Below are positions 34,871 through 44,400 of a stretch of 64,000 nt of DNA, piece after piece. The position numbers were made by a program, and so were the translations under genes. Position 1 is the first letter of the stretch; each line of letters opens with the position of its first letter. This DNA is from an uncultured Spirosoma sp. (lineage in GTDB: Bacteria > Bacteroidota > Bacteroidia > Cytophagales > Spirosomataceae), in the NCBI GenBank assembly GCA_964581865.1, contig CAZOQC010000017.1, forward strand, positions 2,457 to 66,456. The letters are read 5' to 3'. The notes below the pieces were generated by a model. The model made no database searches. It had not been told where the DNA came from and saw only the letters and a list, made by a program, of their open reading frames with translations.

Positions 34871-36178
34871 TTAGTGGAAAAAGAGATACCCCAATGCGAT
34901 CCCGGCGACAACACCCATCAGATCGGCGAAAAGACCGAAGGGGATGGCGTAGCGTGAGTTGCGAATGCCGACGGAGCCGAAATACAGGGCGACGATGTAA
35001 AAGGTAGTGTCGGCCGCGCCCTGAAACATACAGGCCAGCCGACCCACAAACGAGTCGGGGCCGAACTGCTTCATAGCGTCGATCATCAGAGCGCGGGAGC
35101 CGGAGCCGCTCAGCGGGCGCATCAGCGCAACGGGCAGCGCGTCGGTAAATTCCGTATTCAGACCCGTCAGGCTGAAGATGTATTTCAGGCCGTCGATCAC
35201 GTAATCCATAGCGCCCGAATTGCGAAACGCGCTGATGGCCACCAGCATACCAACCAGGTAGGGGATGATGCGTACCGACGTTTCAAAGCCACCTTTCGCG
35301 CCTTCCACAAACGCATCGAAAATGTTGACCTTCTTCCGCAGGGCACCCAGCAGAAAGGCGACGATAATCGTCATTAGCACAATGTTCCCCGTCACCTTCG
35401 AGATGACTTCGATCTCTTCTTTGGTCTTGGTCGACAGGTACCAGAGCGCCAGTCCGATCAGGCCGGTGATGCCGCCGAGCCAACCCAGCACCGTGCTGTT
35501 GATGAGGTTAATCCGCTGTTTGATGGCTACCGCAATCATGCTGACGACGGTAGCGACGTAGGTAGCAATCAGGCACGGAATGAAAATGTCGGACGGGTCT
35601 TTGGCGCCCAGAATAGCCCGCTGGGCCATGATGCTGAGCGGGATAATCGTCAGGCCCGACGTGTGCAGCACCAGAAACATGATCTGGGCGTTGGAAGCCG
35701 TTTCTTTCTGCGGATTCAGTTCCTGCAAACTCTGCATGGCCTTCAGTCCGAAAGGCGTCGCGGCATTGTCTAGCCCGAGCATATTGGCCGAAAAGTTCAT
35801 AATCATCTGCCCGTTGGCGGGGTGATTGACCGGGACTTCGGGAAACAGCTTATGGAAAAACGGGCCGATAATCCGCGCCAGAAAATTGATGGCTCCGGCT
35901 TTCTCCCCGATGTTGAGCAGCCCCAGAAAAAACGTCATTACCCCCGCCAGCGGCAGCGCAATGTCCATCACCGCCACTTTCGATGAGTCGAACAACCCCT
36001 CGACAATGAGTCGAAAAATCTCGGTATCGCCCAGAAAAATCAGCTTGACCAGCGCGACCAGAAACGCAATCAGAAAGAAAAGAACCCAGATGTAGTTAAG
36101 AGCCAAAAGTGAAAGAGTGAAAGAGTGAAAGAGTGAAAGAGCGACTGCTGCCAACGCGCCCGCTAAACGAACGGGCAA
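34871..36178 (-). CDS. Nucleoside-recognition (Gate) domain membrane protein, SpmA/SpmB-like fusion
   Basis: The product is multi-TM. The conserved family N-terminus ALNYIWVLFFLIAF begins only at codon 26. An alternative TTG start at 36106 would exclude the 8-mer repeat from the CDS. Confidence 0.8.
   Translation of the reverse strand: MPVRLAGALAAVALSLFHSFTLSLLALNYIWVLFFLIAFLVALVKLIFLGDTEIFRLIVEGLFDSSKVAVMDIALPLAGVMTFFLGLLNIGEKAGAINFLARIIGPFFHKLFPEVPVNHPANGQMIMNFSANMLGLDNAATPFGLKAMQSLQELNPQKETASNAQIMFLVLHTSGLTIIPLSIMAQRAILGAKDPSDIFIPCLIATYVATVVSMIAVAIKQRINLINSTVLGWLGGITGLIGLALWYLSTKTKEEIEVISKVTGNIVLMTIIVAFLLGALRKKVNIFDAFVEGAKGGFETSVRIIPYLVGMLVAISAFRNSGAMDYVIDGLKYIFSLTGLNTEFTDALPVALMRPLSGSGSRALMIDAMKQFGPDSFVGRLACMFQGAADTTFYIVALYFGSVGIRNSRYAIPFGLFADLMGVVAGIALGYLFFH
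36109..36140. repeat. Tandem octamer (GTGAAAGA)x4
   Basis: There are four exact units. On the minus strand this reads as TCTTTCAC repeats, inside or just upstream of the Gate-domain gene. Confidence 0.9.
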
Positions 36179-36247
36179 TGCTCATTCAACATTTGACGTA
36201 AGTTTACGCCACAGCCCGGCATAAATCAACCTCGTCCCAGCTCGACT

Positions 36248-36958
36248 ATGAATAATGCCCTTCCCCGGATTCGGCTCGTCTCTCTGCTTTCGCTCTTTCG
36301 CTCTTTCACTCTTTTGCTCTTTGTCCCCGCTCTTTCGCTCTTTGGACAGTCCCTCGAAACGTCGATGGTGAAGCAGGGGCTGGTCGATGTGCAGCAGGCT
36401 GACCCGTCGATTCGGGTGGAACTGAAATACTCGACGACCGATAATTTCGTGCATAAAGACGTGTACGGCGACCTGACGCGGGCGTACCTGCAACCGGTGG
36501 CCGCGCTCAAACTGGCAACGGCGAGCCGGTACTTGCAGGAAAAACACCCGGATCTGCGGCTGCTCGTTTACGATGCGGCCCGCCCCCGGACGGCGCAGGT
36601 AAAACTCTGGAATGCCCTGCCCGATATGCCCGAACGCCAGCGCCGGCAGTACGTGGCCGACCCACGGCAGGGGTCCATTCACAGCTACGGCTGCGCGGTC
36701 GATTTGACGGTGGCGACTAAAGATGGCACCCCGCTCGACATGGGTACGCCCTACGATTATTTCGGTGAACTGGCTTATCCGTCGCGCGAGGCACAGCTAT
36801 TGAAAGCGGGTAAGCTGACCCGGCAGCAACTTGCCAACCGGCAGCTTCTACGCACGGCCATGCTCCGGGCCGGCTTTACGCGTATCGAGTATGAGTGGTG
36901 GCACTTCAACGCCCTCTCGCGCAGCCGCGCCAAAGCCACCTACCGGGTTGTGGAATAA
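36248..36958 (+). CDS. D-alanyl-D-alanine dipeptidase (M15D, VanX/DdpX family), secreted
   Basis: Motifs seen: SIHSYGCAVDLT and EYEWWHF. The N-terminal hydrophobic region is encoded by the octamer array. Confidence 0.85.
   Translation: MNNALPRIRLVSLLSLFRSFTLLLFVPALSLFGQSLETSMVKQGLVDVQQADPSIRVELKYSTTDNFVHKDVYGDLTRAYLQPVAALKLATASRYLQEKHPDLRLLVYDAARPRTAQVKLWNALPDMPERQRRQYVADPRQGSIHSYGCAVDLTVATKDGTPLDMGTPYDYFGELAYPSREAQLLKAGKLTRQQLANRQLLRTAMLRAGFTRIEYEWWHFNALSRSRAKATYRVVE
36284..36344. repeat. Imperfect tandem octamer array (GCTCTTTC-like, about 7 units), inverted relative to 36109-36140
   Basis: The units read CTGCTTTC GCTCTTTC GCTCTTTC ACTCTTTT GCTCTTTG tcccc GCTCTTTC GCTCTTTG. Confidence 0.8.
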
Positions 36959-36964
36959 GCAACT

Positions 36965-38455
36965 TTACTTCCTGACAAACCGGGTTTTGAATGGTTGCCT
37001 GTTGGTCAGGCCGAATTGCGGAGCACCGGATTTTTCCGTCACGGTCCAGTCGGGGCCGAGCATCGCGGCCGTGAACGGAATCGGGTTGCCCGCCGTGATG
37101 TACTGGTCGATGGCGGTTTGTACCTGCTGACGAGGTAAGTAGCGGGAGGTCGCGTCCAGAAAATCAGCCATTGTCAGGGTGTACTCGCTGCCTTTGCGCT
37201 TTCTCAGCGCATACAGATCGCGCAGTAGATCGCGAATGTCGTGTTGGCGGTTGCTGGCCGTCAGTATCTGATTGTCGAGCCAGAACGCGAACAGGCTGCC
37301 CCGGCGATACGGCAGTCGCTGGTAATCGCCCAGTTTCCAGTAATTTTTAAACACGCTATCATTGGGTGCATTACGAATTGAGCTGCCGTAGTGCGCCCGG
37401 CTGGCGTCGTTGAGCAGCCCGACAAATTGGTCGGCTGTAATCAGGCCCGCCCGGAGCATGCAGTAAAACGACGTGTAGTCGGTGAACCCCTCGTTGAACC
37501 ACTGATTTTCCGATCCCATCGACAGGCGCTGCCCGATCCAGTGGTGTGCGATTTCGTGCGAAATTACATCCCGCCGTTTGGCATTCATGATCGTGTCGCC
37601 GGTGTATTTGCCGATGAAGCCAAACTCGTACGCGATGCCCGATGCGTCGTGGTTGACGCGCAGGAACGGCTCAATAATCAGCGAAAAATAGCGGTCGTCA
37701 TAGTCGTTCCAGAACGAGCGGATGCTTTTGTCGTACGCGGCCAGATAGTTCTTGACCGACTCTTTATTGAAGGTATCCAGCTTCGTTTTTCGCAGTACGG
37801 TGAAGTTGTCGATCCCGTTAATCGTCTGTTTGTCGACGCTCAGATCAGTGGCACCGGTAATCGGAGCCATCAGCATATCGTCGTAGGGCTGCGTGAAGGT
37901 CGTTTTGGCGTCGGCGTAGGGGTACGATCCAAAAAAGACCCGGTATGGCGGAGCCACTGCCCATCGCACCGACTGACTGAGGGTAGGCATGGGCTGGCGA
38001 AGCTGGGGTTGCAGGAACAGGTTGACGCCGTGACTGAAAAAATAGTCGGGCTGAATCATCGGACGAAACAGTTCGCCCCGCGTACCCATCGCGTCGGTAT
38101 GCGTATCGACAATGTCATAATCCAGCGTAACGGGCTGTGTATCGGTGTAATAAACCGTCAGGCTGCGGGCTGCCGTGTCGATTTGCAGTCGGGCGGGAGC
38201 GGTCACCCGTGGCTGACGTACGCCCCTGAAAATGTCTGCCTGACCTCCAAACGGTGGGATGCCGTACACAAACACGGTGCTGTCGCGCTGAAGGGGTACA
38301 TAGGTCAGGGTAACGTGCAGATTGCGGTCGGTCAGCGTCAGCGCGTAACGCAGGGGCGGGGCCGATTGCGCGAACCCGATCAACGGAACTACAAATAGCG
38401 CCAGTGTGCCGGCGACAACGACCTGACGGAGATAACGAGCTGGTTTGGTATACAT
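36965..38455 (-). CDS. Gluzincin metallopeptidase (M1/M61-like), secreted
   Basis: A signal peptide is present. HEIAHHW is followed 18 residues later by NEGFTDY, giving the HExxH-x18-E pattern. Confidence 0.7.
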   Translation of the reverse strand: MYTKPARYLRQVVVAGTLALFVVPLIGFAQSAPPLRYALTLTDRNLHVTLTYVPLQRDSTVFVYGIPPFGGQADIFRGVRQPRVTAPARLQIDTAARSLTVYYTDTQPVTLDYDIVDTHTDAMGTRGELFRPMIQPDYFFSHGVNLFLQPQLRQPMPTLSQSVRWAVAPPYRVFFGSYPYADAKTTFTQPYDDMLMAPITGATDLSVDKQTINGIDNFTVLRKTKLDTFNKESVKNYLAAYDKSIRSFWNDYDDRYFSLIIEPFLRVNHDASGIAYEFGFIGKYTGDTIMNAKRRDVISHEIAHHWIGQRLSMGSENQWFNEGFTDYTSFYCMLRAGLITADQFVGLLNDASRAHYGSSIRNAPNDSVFKNYWKLGDYQRLPYRRGSLFAFWLDNQILTASNRQHDIRDLLRDLYALRKRKGSEYTLTMADFLDATSRYLPRQQVQTAIDQYITAGNPIPFTAAMLGPDWTVTEKSGAPQFGLTNRQPFKTRFVRK

Positions 38456-38479
38456 ACGGTGGACGATTACGGCGTCGGG

Positions 38480-39931
38480 TTAGCGGGTAACGGGCAGAAG
38501 AAACGCGCGAACCTGTTGGGTGAAGGGGGCTAGCTGGCTTTCGTCCTCGAAGATAGAGTGCCCGGCCGGGAAGCTGGCCAGTGTCGTCCGGTTAGTCGGT
38601 ACACCGATATGGTCCAGCGTGTAGTGTGCCGCGTACAGGGGCGTTGCCAGATCATAATAGCCACCCGCCACAAACAGGCGAAGCGTCGGGCGTGCCTGCA
38701 TGGTTTCAGCCAGGATCGGGGCAACGGTCCAATAGGCGTTCAGGCCGGGGAATCGCTGCCAGTTCCAGCGGCCATTTACGCCGAAGTTGACCGTCTGGTA
38801 CGTACGCGCATCGGCAAACTGAAGCGTCTGGGTGAAGTACCGTTCCGTCGCGCGTCGATTGCCCTGGCTGCGAAACATCGAGGGGTCGCGGTAGGCGGGA
38901 TGAACGCTGGGGTCTGTTACGACGGGGCCGGTAATCTGTCCGTTGAGCTGCCCTGTTCGCAATCCTTTATCAGCGAGCAGCGTATGCTGAAAATCGGGCG
39001 AACTGATACGCAGATTGTGGGTCAGCAAGGTATCGGCAGGCAGACCGATGAACTGTGATAGCCGGCTGGCTACACGTTTTTTCTCACTGGCCGGCAACTG
39101 ACTGCCCTGCATCAAAGCGGTGGTATAGTCGGTCTGGGCGAAGTGAGTAGCTTCGGTGTAAATCTGCTCGACCGACGTAAACCGGCGGTCCGCTTTTTTG
39201 TGGTACCAGGCCACTGCCGCCATCGTGGGCAGGTTGAGCAGATACGGCAGATCGTGACCCGGCTCATCGCTGACGGCGCCCATATCGAGAATAGCCGACA
39301 GCAGCAAAACCCCGGACAGCGGCAGATCACCCAGTAGTTCGAGCATCTGTACGGCCCGGATGGTGCCGTAGCTTTCACCGCATACGTACAGCGGGGACGC
39401 TTCGCGATGGTTCGTCTGCCGCCAGGCTTTGATCAGATCGACCACCGCCTGTGCATCGTTTTTTACGGCCCAGTACGCGGTCGCAACGGTCGAATCCTGC
39501 ACCCGTGTAAAGCCCGTACCCGGCGGATCGACAAAGACGAGGTCGGCCCGGTCGAGCAGACTGTTTGGGTTGTCGATAAGCGTCGTTGAGTCGGGCTGAA
39601 CGTTGCGTAGCAGCCGTTTGGGGCCGAATGCGCTCATGTGCAGCGGCATCGACGACGCACCCGGTCCACCGTTGAATACAAACAGCACGGGTCGCTCTGC
39701 CGGTTTGCCGGTGTTCTCGCTGACGTAAGCCGTGGTGATGATCGATACGCCCGCTTTACCGGCTGCGTCGGTGAGCCAGGTTTCCTGCACCGTGGCCGTA
39801 TAACGAATGGGTTGCCCGTTGAACGTGCCCTGGTGGTGGGTGGTTGCCTGCCGCGCTGCGGGGGGCTGGGCCACTGCCGCAACGGCCATCAGCAGCCAGC
39901 AGGCCGCTGACGCAGTGATACGATAAGTCAC
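38480..39931 (-). CDS. S10-family serine carboxypeptidase, secreted
   Basis: A signal peptide is present. Blocks seen: FNGGPGASS and the nucleophile block GESYG. Confidence 0.8.
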   Translation of the reverse strand: MTYRITASAACWLLMAVAAVAQPPAARQATTHHQGTFNGQPIRYTATVQETWLTDAAGKAGVSIITTAYVSENTGKPAERPVLFVFNGGPGASSMPLHMSAFGPKRLLRNVQPDSTTLIDNPNSLLDRADLVFVDPPGTGFTRVQDSTVATAYWAVKNDAQAVVDLIKAWRQTNHREASPLYVCGESYGTIRAVQMLELLGDLPLSGVLLLSAILDMGAVSDEPGHDLPYLLNLPTMAAVAWYHKKADRRFTSVEQIYTEATHFAQTDYTTALMQGSQLPASEKKRVASRLSQFIGLPADTLLTHNLRISSPDFQHTLLADKGLRTGQLNGQITGPVVTDPSVHPAYRDPSMFRSQGNRRATERYFTQTLQFADARTYQTVNFGVNGRWNWQRFPGLNAYWTVAPILAETMQARPTLRLFVAGGYYDLATPLYAAHYTLDHIGVPTNRTTLASFPAGHSIFEDESQLAPFTQQVRAFLLPVTR

Positions 39932-39976
39932 AGGTTCGGTTGGTTGTATGCGGGTGAAAGATACGCCAAACGCGCG

Positions 39977-41176
39977 TCACGACGGTTTCAGGGCGTCGAT
40001 CAGCTTCTCAATATCAGCCATGTCGTTGTAAAATGAGGGGGAGATGCGGAAGCGATGTTCGTAAAGCTGGATGTTGATACTGGCTCTATCGAGTCGGGGT
40101 TTGAGCCGGGCGGCATCGGCATAAGCGAAACTGACGATGGGCGATGTCGAGTTGCGTGGTGTCATGGGCGCATAGCCAAACTCGGGCAGGGCCGTCTGCA
40201 AGCGTTCGATCATCGGCTGGCGGTACTGCTGAATCCGGTCGACGCTTGTACTGACGAGGTACTCGAGCGACGGCACGAGCGCGGCCACGGCTTCGTTGCC
40301 CAACGTCCCGACTTCAATATGTCCGGCGGTGTCCGGGCGGGCTTCCGACTCAAACGGACCGGCACCCGGCGGGTCGAACGGAAAGGCGTGGAACTGGTAA
40401 CTGGCCAACTGTCGATACCCGTACAGCGTTCGCTTCAACTGCGCCAGCCGGTCGGGGCGTACGTAGAGAAAACCAACGCCAAAATCGCCCATGAGCCATT
40501 TATAGGTTGAGCAGGCGCAGAAATCGACTCCGCTGGCCTTTACGTCGATAGGCACCGCCCCGGCTGCCTGAATAATGTCGGCGTACACCATCGCTCCCCG
40601 CGCATGGGCCAGTTCACACACCGCTTTCAAATCGTGCTGAAAGCCGTTGATGGTCGATACCAGCGAGACGGCCACCAGCCGGGTGCCGGGTTTGATGGCC
40701 CGGTCGAGGTCGTTGAGGTCGATCCGGTTGTTGTGGGGTGGCAGAATGGTCAGGTCGAGGCCCTGCTTTGCCAGTTGCTGATACAGGTACAGTGAGCCAT
40801 CGAAGTGGTACGCATCCGTCACGACGCGGCTTCGCGAACCGGGCAAGCCCAGCCCCGACACCACCAGATTTTCGCCCACCATCGTGCTCGGTACCCAGGC
40901 CAGATCGTCGGGACTGGCGTTGATAAGCCGGGCGAAACTGGCACGCGCCTGCTGCCGGTCGGCCCCCATATTCACGCCCGTTCCGTTGCCGTTGACCATC
41001 CGGTTGTCCAGAAACCGCCGGGCGGCATCGGCACTTGCCCGGCTCATCGGGTGGGTATAAGCCGCGTTGAGGTAGGTTCCCTGAATGGCGAAACGCTCTT
41101 TGGCGGGTAAGGTAGTGTCGGGAATTGGTCGGGCAGCAGGCTGGCGAAGGGGAGGGTGCCGGCCGTGGCCAGCCAC
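39977..41176 (-). CDS. Class-V aminotransferase-fold PLP enzyme (cysteine desulfurase / isopenicillin-N-epimerase-like); the N-terminus appears frameshifted
   Basis: The PLP-lysine block CSTYKWLMGDFG is present. A Tat-type signal, MNQTRRQWLATAGTLPFASLL, is encoded from 41196 in a different frame (see findings). Confidence 0.75.
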   Translation of the reverse strand: MAGHGRHPPLRQPAARPIPDTTLPAKERFAIQGTYLNAAYTHPMSRASADAARRFLDNRMVNGNGTGVNMGADRQQARASFARLINASPDDLAWVPSTMVGENLVVSGLGLPGSRSRVVTDAYHFDGSLYLYQQLAKQGLDLTILPPHNNRIDLNDLDRAIKPGTRLVAVSLVSTINGFQHDLKAVCELAHARGAMVYADIIQAAGAVPIDVKASGVDFCACSTYKWLMGDFGVGFLYVRPDRLAQLKRTLYGYRQLASYQFHAFPFDPPGAGPFESEARPDTAGHIEVGTLGNEAVAALVPSLEYLVSTSVDRIQQYRQPMIERLQTALPEFGYAPMTPRNSTSPIVSFAYADAARLKPRLDRASINIQLYEHRFRISPSFYNDMADIEKLIDALKPS

Positions 41177-41491
41177 TGTCGGCGGGTTTGGTTCATGACT
41201 GGGGAGAAAGTCGATACGGGTACATAAGCCGCAAGTAACACGGTACGAGGTAGAAATGACGTTTGAGCTGGGGGCCGGTCAGCACTACTTGGTCGATGGT
41301 TTAATCAGGCTGTGTGTCGTTTCTACGGAACCAGGCTGGTTGGGCCAATGAGCCACTTACTAAGAATATGGATAAATGCAAGATGCTACAGGGCTTCACG
41401 CTGGGACATTAAAGGCTTGTTAACATTTAGAAAACAATAACAATCATTGTTTCATCTATTTTTACCCCACTTTCAACTAATCCAATTTTTT

Positions 41492-44400
41492 ATGCAACAA
41501 CATGTACAGTTTCTCAGCCGACTATGGCTGTGTGTACTGGCTTTGCTCTTCGCCCAACTGGCGCAGGCGCAGCTATTGACGGAAGACTTTCCAAACGCAG
41601 GCGCACTAACGGCTAATGGCTGGACGCAGGTTGGTACGTCGGCTGTGAACCCAATCAACGCTGGTACTCCTAATCTCACGTACGCCGGTCTGTCGACCAG
41701 CGGGAATGCTGCCATTCTGACCACAACCGGGCAGGATGTGTCACGTAGTTTTACCGCTCAAACCAGTGGAACGGTTTATGCTTCCTACCTAGTTAATGTT
41801 ACATCGGCTCAGGCAGCAGGGGATTACTTTTTTCACTTGGCAAACACGACGTCCGGTTCTGCGTTTGTCGGTCGGATCTATGTGAAAAGCGTTAGCGGTG
41901 GCATTCAGTTTGGTCTAGCTAAAGTTAATGGTACCCCCGTTTATGCATCAACTGTCTATGCACTTAATACGACGTATTTTGCCGTTGTTAAGTACGCATA
42001 CAACGCTGGATCAGCGACTGATGATATCAGTAGTTTGTTCATTAATCCGACCCTCGGAGCGGCCGAACCAACACCGTCTGTAACAGACAACACCAACGCA
42101 GACGCTACGTCGATTGGGGCTGTTAATCTTCGGCAGGGAACGGCTGCTAGTGCTCCCGGTGCACTGGTCGACTATATCCGCATCGGTACGAACTGGACCG
42201 ACGTGACGCAGGCTCCGGCCCCTGTTGCGACTCTGTCGACAACGCCGACTTCGCTAAATGGTTTTTCGACTACGCAGGGTACAGCATCGGCCACGCAGAC
42301 TTACGCCCTGTCGGGCAGTACGCTCTCTGCCGATGTAACAGTAACGGCTCCGGCTGGCTACGAAGTAAGTCAGGATGCAACAAACTTCCAGAACAGCCTT
42401 ACGGTGGTTCGATCGAACGGCTCGGTTAGCGCTACAATTACGGTACGGCTGACGGGTGCGTCGGCGGGTACATTCTCGGGTAATGTGACTAATGTAAGCG
42501 GGTCAACGTCGACGAACGTGGCCGTCAGTGGTACGGTCAATGCACCAAACAGCCCGTCGCTGACGGTTACGCCTACGACCTTGTCGGGCTTTTCAACGAC
42601 ACAGGGAACGGCTTCGGCTACGCAGACTTACGCACTGTCGGGCAGTAACCTGACAGCCGACGTGACAGTAACGGCTCCGGCTGGTTATCAGATTAGCCAG
42701 GATGGTGCGACGTTCCAGAACGCAATTACCGTGACACGCTCAAACGGCTCGGTTAGCGCTACGATTACGGTACGGCTGACGGGTGCGTCGGCAGGTCCAG
42801 TATCAGGGAACATCACCAACGTAAGTGGGTCGGTATCGGGCAGTGTCGCCGTTAGTGGAACCGTAGCCTCAAACACGCCGTACACCCCGATCGCTACGGC
42901 GCGGGCCAGCGTGGGAAGTACCTTTACCATCGCCGGTCGCGTAACGGTCACAAACCAGTTGGGTTCGCGGCAGATTTACATTCAGGACAACACCGGCGGT
43001 ATCGTTGTTTACAGCGGCCCGACGGGTACCGATCTGAGTACGCTCGTTCAACTGGGCGATTCGGTGCAGGCACGGGGCCCGATCAGCGTGTTCAGCGGCT
43101 ACACGGAAATTACGTCGTCGGTTACCACGTTTACCGTTGTATCAGGTGCCGGTACGCGTGTTCCGACGCCGGTGGCCATCACACCCGATCAACTGGCCAA
43201 TTACCAGGGTCAACTCGTGAGCGTAGCCAACGCCACTATCACGCCCGTCGCAGCGACATTTGTGGGGGGAACCAATTACACGATCACCGCCAATAATCTG
43301 TCGGGCGTTCTGCGGATCAGTGCCAATTCGCCGTTGGCGGGGGCTGGTCAGCCTGCCAACCCGGTTAGCGTAACGGGTATTGCCGACCGTTTTGTGTCGG
43401 GGGCCACAACAACCGGAACAAACGGGTTGCAACTGCAACCCCGCATTCTGGCCGACGTTCCCGGTTCGACACCCGCACAGGATCTGACCTGTACGGCCGG
43501 TATGAGCAACAGTACGCTTGGTACCGACCAAACGCTGGATATTGCCGCCTGGAACATGGAGTTCTTCGGTGCCGATGCCGGTACGATTATCTGCCCCAAC
43601 GGTAACCTGAATTACAATGACATGGGGCCGACGAACGAAGATTTACAGCAGAGCAATGCCGTAACGGTATTGGGTAAGCTGAAAGCGGATATCGTTTCGG
43701 TGGAGGAAATCAGCGACATCGACCGGTTTGCCGCAACGGTAGCGTCTCTTCCTGGTAGCTACAGCTACACCTGTTCAAATCGCTTCTCCTACTATTTTCA
43801 GGACGAGTGTACTCAGACGCCCTCGGGCAATCCGCCAACGGTATTTGGTCCGACCAAGTTTGCGCAGAAGGTATGTGTAATCTACAACCGGGCCACCGTC
43901 ACGCCCGTACTGGCCGAAACCAAACCCCTACTCGACGGTAACTACAACTATCCGAGTGCCAATAACTGGTCGTCGGGGCGGTTGCCGTTCCTATTCGTCG
44001 GTGACGTAACGATCAATGGCAATACGCAGCGCGTTCACGTTGTAGCACTCCATGCGAAGTCGGGTAGTGCTACCACCGATTACAACCGCCGGAAACAGGA
44101 CATTGCCGATTTGAAAACCAACCTGGACGCTGCGTATCCGAACGCGAAACTGATTATTCTGGGCGATTACAATGATAAGCTGAACGGATCGATCGCGTCG
44201 GGGCAGCAGTCGTCGTACAAGCCGTTTGTCGATGATGCTGCTAATTACAGCGCGCTGACACTGCCGCTGGAGAACAACGGATGCTCGACATTCAACTCGT
44301 CGGCTAGTTTCATCGATCACATGATCGTCTCGAATGATCTGGCTCCGGCTTACATCGCTAACTCGACCTACGTGTTGCAGCCGTTCAGCATCCCGAACTA

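Noticed and set aside
41197-41491. 295-bp AT-richer region upstream of giant gene 1, searched for small ORFs, ncRNA or operator sites (for example AACAATAACAATCATTGTT)
   Set aside because: I found only a weak 6-bp half-site palindrome. There is no convincing ORF, hairpin or conserved box. It is probably just the promoter and leader.
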